In this document: positions 20,668 to 30,068 of the stretch, piece by piece | Numbering within the stretch: the first letter of the stretch is position 1 | Layout: each line of letters begins with the position of its first letter | NCBI GenBank assembly: GCA_964527215.1 | Contig: CAZGNZ010000012.1 | Coordinates: 1,025 to 65,024, forward strand | Length of the DNA: 64,000 nt | DNA from: an uncultured bacterium | Lineage (GTDB): Bacteria > Fidelibacterota > Marinisomatia > SCGC-AAA003-L08 > JACNLC01 | Direction: 5' to 3' | Notes under the pieces: generated by a model | What the model was told of the DNA's origin: nothing | Seen by the model: the letters and a program-made list of their open reading frames with translations, nothing else | Databases searched by the model: none | Position numbers and translations under genes: made by a program

Positions 20668-21804
20668 ATGATATTTATACCGGAAAGAATTAAGTTTAAC
20701 GGATCAGACAGTCCCTCAGTCGGAGTAGAGGTTGAACTGCTGGTCCTGGATCCAGGATCATTTGAACTGGCACCGGGGGCACCGGTCATTCTGGATAAAT
20801 TCCGGGACGATCCTCATGTCAAGGAAGAACTGCTGGATTCCATCATTGAGATCAACACGGGAGTCTGCAGGGATATTCCGGAAGTCCGCAGCGATTTGAG
20901 GGCTCGATTGACGGAAGTTGTTCAGACCGCTGAATCGGAAGGATATCAGCTGGTTTCAATGGGGACACATCCGTTTTCCAGATGGTCAGACCAGGCGGTC
21001 ACAAAAAAACCGCGCTACCAGCAGTTTGTAGAGCGCATCCAGTGGCCGCTGAGGCGGCTTCTGATCACCGGCATCCATGTGCATATCGGTGTTGAATCCG
21101 GTGAAAAAGCCATTGCGGTAACCAATGGCCTGACCCGGTATATTCCCCATATGATTGCCATGTCCGCCAACTCCCCTCTGCATGACAGCCAGATTACGGG
21201 ACTGGCATCCACACGCACCAAGCTTTTTGAAGGCATGCCGACGACGGGAATTCCGCCGCAGCTCAGGAATTATTCCGAGTTTCAGAAATATATGCGAACC
21301 CTTCAAAAAGCAAATACTATCGGATCCATTCGGGAAGTTTGGTGGGATATTCGGCCGCATCCCCGATTCGGCACTGTTGAAACGCGGTTGTATGACAGTG
21401 TACCCAGTCTGGATCACATTGTCAGCCTTGCCGCTTTCACGCAATGTTTGGTTGTGGGTATCTCGGATCATTATGACAACGGCACACAGCTGGATTTGCT
21501 GGATCCCTGGATCCTCAGTGAAAACAAATGGAGAGCCACCCGGCATGGGGTGAACGCGGATATCATCACGGATGATGAAGGACATCTGGAATCACTTTGC
21601 AGTAATTTCAGAGAAACCATTACGAAATTACTTCCAATCTCGGAACAGCTGGGATGCCGCCGCGATCTGCTTCATCTGATTCAACTGGCGGACGGGGGTA
21701 ATGCGCCGTATTTGAATCAGCTGAATTTGTATCAGTCAACCGGAGATTACAAAAAGGTTATCAGTTATCTAGTCGATGAGTTAAAAAGGAGCATCTGCAT
21801 ATGA
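20668..21804 (+). CDS. carboxylate-amine ligase, YbdK / glutamate-cysteine ligase family 2
   Basis: VGVEVELLVLD..., GTHPF and HVHIGV motifs are typical of GCS2/YbdK. Confidence 0.8.
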   Translation: MIFIPERIKFNGSDSPSVGVEVELLVLDPGSFELAPGAPVILDKFRDDPHVKEELLDSIIEINTGVCRDIPEVRSDLRARLTEVVQTAESEGYQLVSMGTHPFSRWSDQAVTKKPRYQQFVERIQWPLRRLLITGIHVHIGVESGEKAIAVTNGLTRYIPHMIAMSANSPLHDSQITGLASTRTKLFEGMPTTGIPPQLRNYSEFQKYMRTLQKANTIGSIREVWWDIRPHPRFGTVETRLYDSVPSLDHIVSLAAFTQCLVVGISDHYDNGTQLDLLDPWILSENKWRATRHGVNADIITDDEGHLESLCSNFRETITKLLPISEQLGCRRDLLHLIQLADGGNAPYLNQLNLYQSTGDYKKVISYLVDELKRSICI

Positions 21805-22970
21805 TAGAAAAACATTGGATTAAAGAGAATCAGGACTATCTGGTAAAGGCACGGAGAAAAATCCACAGAGAACCTGAACTGGGGTTTGAAGAACATAAAA
21901 CCGGTGCATTTCTGAAAGAGCAGCTGACGGGTTTCGGATATACCATCACTCAGACTGAACCGATGAAGACCGGGTTCTGCTGTGATTACGGTGCTGGAAA
22001 AGGTCCCGTCCTCGGAATCCGGTGCGAGTTGGATGCAGTGCCGATGTTTGATGCAAAGGAAGTTCCCTATCATTCCGTCAATCCGGGCGTGATGCATTCA
22101 TGCGGTCATGATGTCCACATGGCGGTAATGCTGGGTCTGGCAAAGTGGCTTCAGGATCAGGCAATAATGGTCAATGGAACCATCCGTTTCATTTTCCAGC
22201 CGTCTGAGGAGAAAGCACCAGGCGGTGCTCTGGCCATGATTGACGGCGGTGCAATCAAAGAAATGAACCATATTATGGCTATGCATGTGCTGCCGAAACT
22301 GGAGGTGGGAAAAATCGGTATTCGCCACGGCGCAATGTCAGCCATGGTGGACATCGTAAATATCACCCTCAGCGGCGAGGGCGGTCATACTTCAAGCCCC
22401 CATCGGACGGTAGATCTTATTTCCTCTGCCGCTTATTTGATCAATACACTGGACCAGATTTTGAAATACCGGCTGGATCCTCAAAATCCGGTGGTGCTGG
22501 GCTTCGGTGCCATCAACGGAGGGTCCACTTTCAATGTTATTCCCAGCAAAGTGAACCTGCAGGGGACGCTGCGATATCTGAATCAGGATATGAAGAATCA
22601 TCTGCACAGTCTGATTGGTGAGATCATATACAATGTTTCTGAAATCACCGGTGCAAAAATTGAATGGCATATGCCTTATTCAGCACCGGGGATATTTAAT
22701 GATGAGACCCTGACCAGCATGATAATTGACGCGGCGAACAACACTATCGGAACTGAAAACCTGACCTATCTGGAAGATGCGAGTATGGGCGGTGAGGACT
22801 TTGCATACTACCTTGAACACATACCCGGTGCATATTTCAGGGTCGGAAGCAGCGACGGATATTCCACCGACCTCCACTCAATCAGTTTTGATGTTAATGA
22901 ATCATGCATCATTACTGCCATTGAAGTCATCTCAGACACCATCAAGAACTATTTCAAGATTGGTATCTAA
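21801..22970 (+). CDS. M20D family amidohydrolase (N-acyl-amino-acid amidohydrolase / hippurate hydrolase-like)
   Basis: IHREPELGFEEHKTGAFL, MHSCGHDVH and FQPSEE motifs. The ATGA overlap indicates start/stop coupling with the ligase gene. Confidence 0.85.
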   Translation: MIEKHWIKENQDYLVKARRKIHREPELGFEEHKTGAFLKEQLTGFGYTITQTEPMKTGFCCDYGAGKGPVLGIRCELDAVPMFDAKEVPYHSVNPGVMHSCGHDVHMAVMLGLAKWLQDQAIMVNGTIRFIFQPSEEKAPGGALAMIDGGAIKEMNHIMAMHVLPKLEVGKIGIRHGAMSAMVDIVNITLSGEGGHTSSPHRTVDLISSAAYLINTLDQILKYRLDPQNPVVLGFGAINGGSTFNVIPSKVNLQGTLRYLNQDMKNHLHSLIGEIIYNVSEITGAKIEWHMPYSAPGIFNDETLTSMIIDAANNTIGTENLTYLEDASMGGEDFAYYLEHIPGAYFRVGSSDGYSTDLHSISFDVNESCIITAIEVISDTIKNYFKIGI

Positions 22971-23000
22971 TACCAGTTTTATATTTCTGATAGGTATTGA

Positions 23001-23342
23001 ATGGTCAATCGCGCAGCAGTATTACTACGATATAAAGAGCCAATTTTAAGGTGGATAAAAGAAGCTGATCCATTAGATGATAGTGCAGAAATCACCTTGT
23101 CTATTGTGAATGAAGAACGAACGGTTTACCTAGTATCGGATGGGGAAGCAGAGAATATCGATAAATGGATTCGTGCAAATTACAGCGTTCTTTTTGAAAG
23201 TGAACTTGAAGGCTGGTACGCCGATGAAAGCTTGTGGCCAAAAAAACGAGATCTCAAAATCTTTACTGAATGGTTTGAGGTAGAGTGCCATTCTGTTGTT
23301 TTGGACACTGTCGGAGGGCGCATATTTGATGATGAAACATAA
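23001..23342 (+). CDS. small acidic cytosolic protein, function unknown
   Basis: 113-aa ORF in a visibly AT-richer patch. The motif WP.KRDLKIFTEWFEVECHSVVLD looks like a conserved small-protein family that I cannot name. Confidence 0.5.
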   Translation: MVNRAAVLLRYKEPILRWIKEADPLDDSAEITLSIVNEERTVYLVSDGEAENIDKWIRANYSVLFESELEGWYADESLWPKKRDLKIFTEWFEVECHSVVLDTVGGRIFDDET

Positions 23343-23519
23343 CAATTTACTTAAGCCGACCGCAACGCATGTCACGCCCTTTGCAGAAAGGCAAAGGCCG
23401 CGCCAAGCTCCGGCGGCTTAGTTTTACCGTTTGCTGAACGCAATCATTCCCGGTTCAGTTGAATCGCATTTAACCGTCCGCCTCCTCGGAGCAGAACTTG
23501 AACCGGGATTCAGCCTTTT

Positions 23520-23609
23520 AAATCCGCCAGTGGGCGCGGCGGCGAAATTTTAATACCCCGATTGATTACGGATACCCCGTCCCGTCAGCAGACTGGTAGG
23601 GAATTCATT
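23520..23609 (+). repeat. dispersed structured repeat, copy C (3' module only)
   Basis: AAATCCGCCAGTGGGCGCGGCGGCGAAATTTTAATACCCCGATTGATTACGGATACCCCGTCCCGTCAGCAGACTGGTAGGGAATTCATT aligns by eye with the 3' ~95 nt of copy B (43395-43487). Confidence 0.75.
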
Positions 23610-23709
23610 ATCAAATCCTGAATGAAACCAGCTTTTTCTGTCAGGGGAGATAAGCAATTCCAGACAGATCGGGTTCCGCACAAAACAGTATTACAATAAG
23701 AGGATATCC

Positions 23710-26700
23710 ATGAAGCTATCCATAATGGTTATAATAGCTGCGCTTGGCATCGGGTTTGTGTCAGGACAGCCGATTTATTCAACACTAACTGGTGGAAACT
23801 GGTCTGATCCCATGACCTGGGTCGGTCAGGTTGTACCGGGTGATGATGATGATGTGTTTATTGAAGGCCCTGTGCTGGCTGACATCAGCAGCAGCTGTCA
23901 AAACCTGACCGTCAGCGAGACGGGTTCGCTAATGAATCAGGGCTCCAGGGTGATTACCGTATCAGGTTCCTTTGACAATGCCGGGACAATTGCGAATAAT
24001 CCGGCTGGGTACAGTCTGACGCTCAATGTGGCAGGTGATTTTTCCAATTCCGGGACAATGTCCCATCATGATACCAATCTTACAGGATCGAACAGCATTC
24101 AATTTTCCATGACAGGCGGAGAGTTTTCGGGAACCTATCTGGATATTGCTGAGGCAGGTAAGATTGTCAGTCTGGAATCGAATCTGACCTTCAGCAATAC
24201 GATGATCGACCTGAGCGATGCGACTTTGATTTCCGGCGGCAGTATTACGGTCTTCTTGACTGGCGGATTTTTGAGGGACGGGATTTGGGAAGCCAACGGC
24301 TCGACCCTGAGCATGGCCGGAAACAGTTATACGGATGATATGGTGATTTCCAATGTTGTTCTGGAAGATACGGTCCAGGTTGCAGGCAATGTGTTTTTTA
24401 CCGAATCCGCGACAAACAACGGAACCGTACAGAATTACTCTTCCAGCCGGGTGCTCACCATTCAGGGAAGTATCACGAATAACGGGTCCATACGAAATAA
24501 TCCGGCCGGATATTCCCTGACGGTCAGCTGTCAGGGCGATCTTACAAACAATGGCGACTGGAATACCTATGATCTGAACCTGGAACCGGTAAACGAACCG
24601 GGAATCACCATCACCACCGGTTCGGACAGCTATTTTCAAAGCACCTATATTGACCGATCGGCTGGCGATTACGCCGTCAGTATTGCTTCCGATGCGGTCT
24701 TTTATCATTCATCTATTGACCTGAATGACGGAGTGATGATCCTGTCCCAGCCTTCTTCCCTGACACTGCATAACAGTATTCTTAGAGATGGAACACTGAA
24801 TGCAAATAATAACGGATTGGCCCTGTTTGACAATTCTTATCTGAACGACATCTCAGTTGACAGTGCGGTGACCGATGGAATCATTCAGGTATCATCCACG
24901 GTATATTTTACCGGCGGTTTGATCAATAACGGCTCTCTGGTGAACTACTCAAATTCATCATACACGGTAACGGTCGATGGAAATCTGGTCAACAACAGCA
25001 TCATCGGCAACAATGAATCCGGAAATACACTGACGATGGTACTGGACGGCAATCTCACCAATTACGGAAGCCTGTCAAATTCCTCAATCCAACTCGCCGG
25101 TGTCGATGATATCACCATCGATTTTGGTGAATCGGGTGTTTGCAGCTGCAGTTATTTCAGAACCAGCAGTTTGATGGAGGGAAATCTCACCGCCGTCAGC
25201 GAACTGCATTTTGTCGGGACAGAATTGGATTTTAACGATGCTGTGCTGACTCTTCCGGCTGACGGACTGCTTTCTGTTGTGGGGGGGGTGCTGCGGGATT
25301 TTCAAATCATCGGATCAGGTTCAGTAATCCATACTTCCGACGGTGCGTATTTTAATGATATCACGGCTGATAACATCGAACTGGCCGGGACCGCCCGTAT
25401 TTCCGGGAATGTCACTTTCACCACCTCCGTTACCGTTCAGGATACACTGGAAAACAATTACAATTCCAGCTATACCCTGACTGTGGACGGTGACTTGATG
25501 AATAATGGTACAATCCGCAACTCACCGGCCGGATACAACTTCAGTATGAACATATCAGGGAATATATCTCAAAATGGAGTATGGGATTTTTATCAGACTT
25601 CCCTGACAGGATTAACAGATCAGTGGCTCAGCCAAAGTGAAGGCTCGCTATTCTCCGGCAGCCGTTTTCTGGATACCAACAGTTCATCGGGAATCCACAG
25701 CGGAAGTCCGCTGTCATTCCAGGGCATGGAGCTTGATCTGAACGGAGCGGTTTTAACCCTCGAGGATGGTCATTCACTCACCATTACCGGTACAGCAAGT
25801 GACTGCATCACTGACGGCACAATAATGAGCAACGGCAACGCGGTCCATACAAGCGGAGGATTTTACCTTTCGGGAATCATGATTGAAAACGGTGCAGTGC
25901 TGTCTGGAGACATCACCATAAGCGGAACAGTCACAGCTCTGGGTCAGGTGGTTTTGAACGGCATGGTCATGAATCGGTCAAACAGCTCCTATACGCTGGT
26001 GATAGACGGTGACCTGATCAACAACGGGAGTATCGCAGACAACAGCGCATACAGCCTGTTTCTTCAACTTACCGGGAATCTGGAGAACTACGGACTGATT
26101 TCCAATTATTCGGTCAGTCTTACAGGTGACTCGGCTCAATCGATCCAGGCCGGGGAAGGGATTGTATTTTCACCCGGCAGTTTTACCGATTCCAATGCTT
26201 CATCCGCTGTGTATTTTCTAAGCCCGCTTGCATTTGAAAATACCACACTTGATTTTAACAATGCCGAAGCAGTTCTGGAACCCGGCGCAAATCTGACAAT
26301 CTCCGGTTCTGAAAGCCACAGCCTTAATGATGTGGTAATAACGGGCAGCCATAACATCATTACCGCTTCGGGGGGAATGTATCTCAATAATGTCCATGCC
26401 GATAACATCGTTTTGGACGGGGTACACATCATCGCCGGCAATATTGTATTAAGCGGGGAAATACAAAACATTGGCGAAATCCGGAATCGCAGCAATTCAT
26501 CCTACACCCTGCAGGTTGAAGGAAATCTGGTCAATGAAGGCGCCATCTCCAATAATATATACAGCCTGCAGGTCGAGATCACCGGTGATTTGACAAATTC
26601 AGGATCAATTGATGTTAACCGTCTTCGTTTCCGGGGAGCGGAACCGCAGAGCATCACGGCTGCGGGAGATGCCTGGTTTGGAATGACCTATTTTGATACC

Positions 26701-28587
26701 GCCGCGCCGAATACAGCCGTCAACCTTGCTTCATCAGTGGAATTCAGCGGAGTTTCAACCGATTTGAACGGCAGTACGCTGACAATCGGGGAAGGAAACA
26801 TCCTTGGATTATCCGGCGGTTACCTGTCTGACTGTACCCTGAGTGCCGGGTCTGTGAACAGCGGCGACGGAGCATATCTGTCGAATCTCGAGCTGGTTGA
26901 TATCACGCTGCAGGGGGAAACCTTGATTTCTTCAAATGTGGTTTCCAGCGGTCTTCTGGTCAACGAAGGATTCCTGTGGAACAGAAATACCGGCAGTTAT
27001 CATCTGGATGTGAACGGCAATGTCTGGAATCGCGGATCCCTGGCAGACAATCCAAACGGCTACCAGTTGACGTTTGATGTGTCCGGAACTCTGGTCAGTG
27101 AAGGCAGCTGGCAGCCGTACCGAACGTATCTGGACGGGGCATCTGATCAGGATGTTCTCCTGATTTCAGGAATGGATATGGGCGACGGCTTGTATCTTGA
27201 ATCACAGCATTCAGGCAGCAGTATGCAGTGGTACCGGGACGGTGTTGCTTTGGATTCTGATGCATATAACGGGGAAAATTCTGCGACTCTGGGTTTTGAA
27301 GAGGATATAACCGACAGCGATGCCGGAACGTATTACTGCATCTCAACCGCCGGACAGTCGCGTAATTTCCACTTTGCTGCCGGAACAATTGGATGCATGG
27401 ATCCCGCCTCCGTGAATTATGATCCGAATGCGGTCTGGGACGACGGCAGCTGCATGTATGCGGTTTACGGCTGTACGGATGAAAACGCCTGCAATTATGA
27501 TCCGAATGCCACTATTGATAACGGTTCCTGTCTGTATGATGACTGCAGCGGAGAATGCGGTGGTGTGGCCTACATCGACGACTGTGGGGAATGCGTAGGC
27601 GGTTCCACCGGAATGATGCCCAACTGGGCGATGGATGACTGCGGTGTCTGTTTCGGCGAAAATGCCGACATGGACTGCAGAGGCGTATGCTTTGGTGAGG
27701 CCTTTGAAAACGAGTGCGGCTGCGTTGGCGGAACGACTGGACTGCAGCCGGATTTCTGTTACGGCTGCATGGACGAAACCGCGTTCAATTATGACCCGAA
27801 TGCCGTGTTTGATGATGAATCCTGTTATTATGGTGCCGTTGGGGATATGAATGGTGATCAGACCATCAATGTGCTGGATGTTGTCGTGTTGGTGGAGGGG
27901 ATCCTGGAACAGGAATTTGATGAGTACGAGTCATGGGCCGGGGATGTCAGCGGCGACGGCGCAGTCAATGTGCTGGATGTCGTCATGCTGGTGGATATCA
28001 TCCTTTCAGGTGCTCTGAGTCGCGGGGAACCGTTATCCGAGGTGAGCTACCGGCTCAGCCGCACCCTGGAAATTTTCCCGAACGGTGCAATGGCTGCCTG
28101 TCAGATCAGTGTCACCGGGAATCTTCAGACGGTTTCCGATGATTTGCCGGATGGCTGGTTCATGGATCAGCGGGATGGGATAATCCTTATCTACAATACT
28201 GCCGGTCTGTCTATTGAACAGAAGCTGAGCCTGAGAACAGTCGGTGACGGCGATGTGACCGAACTGCTGGCTGCCGACTGGCACGGCTTTGCGGTTGCTG
28301 CCGAAGAACTGCTGCTGCCGGAGAGGGCAGAGCTGGGTGATGCTTTTCCCAATCCGTTCAACCCGGTGACAAAAATTCCATTTACTCTGCCAAAGGACTG
28401 CTGCGTGGATATGAAAGTGTACAATATTCGCGGTCAGCAGGTTTGCACGCTGCTGGAAAACAGTACACTGCCGGCCGGTTCATACAATATTAATTGGAAT
28501 GCCGGTGAAAGCCCTTCCGGTGCTTACATGATCCACCTGACGACCGGAAACACCACTCGAACAGCAAAGGTTATTCTGATGAAATAG
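23710..28587 (+). CDS. giant secreted repeat protein: ~7 beta-helix-like modules + Ig-like + Cys-rich modules + dockerin-like module + T9SS C-terminal sorting domain
   Basis: Signal peptide. Seven modules of ~165-173 aa anchored by S(S/R)YTLTVDG.L.NNG.I.NNPAGYSLT. GTYYC Ig-like segment. C.D..A.NYDPNA..DDGSC occurs three times, and there are CGECGG/CGVC stretches. GDMNGDQTINVLDVV...GDVSGDGAVNVLDVV is dockerin-like. FPNPFNP...AKVILMK is a T9SS type-A CTD. Confidence 0.85.
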   Translation: MKLSIMVIIAALGIGFVSGQPIYSTLTGGNWSDPMTWVGQVVPGDDDDVFIEGPVLADISSSCQNLTVSETGSLMNQGSRVITVSGSFDNAGTIANNPAGYSLTLNVAGDFSNSGTMSHHDTNLTGSNSIQFSMTGGEFSGTYLDIAEAGKIVSLESNLTFSNTMIDLSDATLISGGSITVFLTGGFLRDGIWEANGSTLSMAGNSYTDDMVISNVVLEDTVQVAGNVFFTESATNNGTVQNYSSSRVLTIQGSITNNGSIRNNPAGYSLTVSCQGDLTNNGDWNTYDLNLEPVNEPGITITTGSDSYFQSTYIDRSAGDYAVSIASDAVFYHSSIDLNDGVMILSQPSSLTLHNSILRDGTLNANNNGLALFDNSYLNDISVDSAVTDGIIQVSSTVYFTGGLINNGSLVNYSNSSYTVTVDGNLVNNSIIGNNESGNTLTMVLDGNLTNYGSLSNSSIQLAGVDDITIDFGESGVCSCSYFRTSSLMEGNLTAVSELHFVGTELDFNDAVLTLPADGLLSVVGGVLRDFQIIGSGSVIHTSDGAYFNDITADNIELAGTARISGNVTFTTSVTVQDTLENNYNSSYTLTVDGDLMNNGTIRNSPAGYNFSMNISGNISQNGVWDFYQTSLTGLTDQWLSQSEGSLFSGSRFLDTNSSSGIHSGSPLSFQGMELDLNGAVLTLEDGHSLTITGTASDCITDGTIMSNGNAVHTSGGFYLSGIMIENGAVLSGDITISGTVTALGQVVLNGMVMNRSNSSYTLVIDGDLINNGSIADNSAYSLFLQLTGNLENYGLISNYSVSLTGDSAQSIQAGEGIVFSPGSFTDSNASSAVYFLSPLAFENTTLDFNNAEAVLEPGANLTISGSESHSLNDVVITGSHNIITASGGMYLNNVHADNIVLDGVHIIAGNIVLSGEIQNIGEIRNRSNSSYTLQVEGNLVNEGAISNNIYSLQVEITGDLTNSGSIDVNRLRFRGAEPQSITAAGDAWFGMTYFDTAAPNTAVNLASSVEFSGVSTDLNGSTLTIGEGNILGLSGGYLSDCTLSAGSVNSGDGAYLSNLELVDITLQGETLISSNVVSSGLLVNEGFLWNRNTGSYHLDVNGNVWNRGSLADNPNGYQLTFDVSGTLVSEGSWQPYRTYLDGASDQDVLLISGMDMGDGLYLESQHSGSSMQWYRDGVALDSDAYNGENSATLGFEEDITDSDAGTYYCISTAGQSRNFHFAAGTIGCMDPASVNYDPNAVWDDGSCMYAVYGCTDENACNYDPNATIDNGSCLYDDCSGECGGVAYIDDCGECVGGSTGMMPNWAMDDCGVCFGENADMDCRGVCFGEAFENECGCVGGTTGLQPDFCYGCMDETAFNYDPNAVFDDESCYYGAVGDMNGDQTINVLDVVVLVEGILEQEFDEYESWAGDVSGDGAVNVLDVVMLVDIILSGALSRGEPLSEVSYRLSRTLEIFPNGAMAACQISVTGNLQTVSDDLPDGWFMDQRDGIILIYNTAGLSIEQKLSLRTVGDGDVTELLAADWHGFAVAAEELLLPERAELGDAFPNPFNPVTKIPFTLPKDCCVDMKVYNIRGQQVCTLLENSTLPAGSYNINWNAGESPSGAYMIHLTTGNTTRTAKVILMK
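23944..27180 (+). repeat. in-frame tandem protein modules (~500-nt period, diverged) inside the giant gene
   Basis: Anchor motifs recur near aa 79, 243, 415, 585, 758, 928 and 1093 of the ORF. Confidence 0.7.
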
Positions 28588-28610
28588 GTCGTATATCATA
28601 GTCAAGATAT

Positions 28611-28650
28611 CCCCGGATTTGCAGACCGTGCGAACCCGGGGGTTTTTTTT
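28611..28650 (+). terminator. rho-independent terminator of the giant gene
   Basis: CCCCGG ... CCGGGGG stem followed by eight T residues (28643-28650). Confidence 0.8.
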
Positions 28651-28912
28651 ACCAGACGCTGAAACCGGGTTTGGCCTTAACAGGAGTTTCAGAAATATTC
28701 TTCCCGTTCGCGGCAATTGGATGTCAGCTGACGGTCCGGTGCTCGACACCGAATCCCGGAATGACGGCTTGCCGCGGCTTCCAATCCAGCTGGTTCAAAC
28801 AGCACTCCGATCAATGCTGAACGACGTTATCAGGCAGCCTGAAATATTCGGGTTAGATTTACCTTTTTGGCTTTTGCGGCATAAACAGGAGGAAATACAG
28901 AAAGGATTCGAA

Positions 28913-29305
28913 ATGAAAAAGTACATCAAGACAATATGTATCTGTGTGTTCACGACGTCGCTCTTTGCCTCAGAGGGCCTGCTGATTCTGAATATTGATG
29001 CCGCAGATGTCGAGGCAGTTCGAATAACGGCCCGGTTCGGCCAGGCAAATGCCGTTCACATCCATCTTGAACGCAAAGCCGATATCAATCAGCTGGTACA
29101 ATTCCTCAACGGCTCTCAGTTTATCCGCAGCAAAACTCCGGTTCCGCTGGATTTGGATAAATGTCCGTTTCATATCCAGCTGGTGGGAATACACGATCAG
29201 CTCTATGTATTTGAATCGCATGCACTGATCGGGAAAAGTCAGTTCACCAATCAGGAGGGATTCACGGAAAGCCTGGAACGGTTTCTGAAATTATTGGAAG
29301 ACTGA
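28913..29305 (+). CDS. small secreted protein, function unknown
   Basis: ATG at 28913 is preceded by AAAGGA. Signal peptide MKKYIKTICICVFTTSLFA. The listed longer ORF (from 28619) runs through a terminator and a repeat relic. Confidence 0.55.
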   Translation: MKKYIKTICICVFTTSLFASEGLLILNIDAADVEAVRITARFGQANAVHIHLERKADINQLVQFLNGSQFIRSKTPVPLDLDKCPFHIQLVGIHDQLYVFESHALIGKSQFTNQEGFTESLERFLKLLED

Positions 29306-30068
29306 TGCATTTCAAATGTTCAGTTTCAGACCAGTCTGATAATAAAATTGATAAATATTCTTATAGATTTGATAATTAAGCCGTTGGCGGAATTATTTCC
29401 GAGATTCCGCTCAACTCGGTAAGAATCAATACCAATCTGATTGGCATCCCTTCAAAGGAATGAAATTCAATTCGGAAATCTGAACTGTCCATGGATGCAT
29501 CTGCAGTTAAATCCCATATTCATGACAAATTTGTTTAAGATATTTTATTTCAATGGAATACCTACAACGAAGTGTAAATGTTGGTATTCGACAAGTTTAT
29601 CCGCTCAGCATATTCATCGTCAATAATCCACATGATAACTTCCCATTTCCGAAGAGGACAGATGAAATTCATTCAACAGACACACCTGCAGAAGATTTCC
29701 AGTTGCAGCCTGCCGACATCTGAGTAATCAAAACGGTTTAACTCATTGGCACGATTATTTCCAGTTGCTACTGAATACCAGGTGATTTCAATGTTTCGGC
29801 TGACGGCAGGTTTTCCATATTCAGCTGCTTAAGCCCTATTTGCCAACCAGCGTCCCGGAAGTGGCAATCCCAAACCGGATCAGATGATTTTGCCTGATCA
29901 CAAAATGCGTAAAAACCGCGGTACGCAGTGGAAATCCCGGACTGCGAAATACACAGTCCACGGCATAAAATCAACCGCTTTTGCGCGGCGGGAAATTCAG
30001 ACTTTGGCCATTATTAACTCTTTGTAGGGACTGGTTCACCCTAAACCCCACTGAGCTGAGAGGAAATT

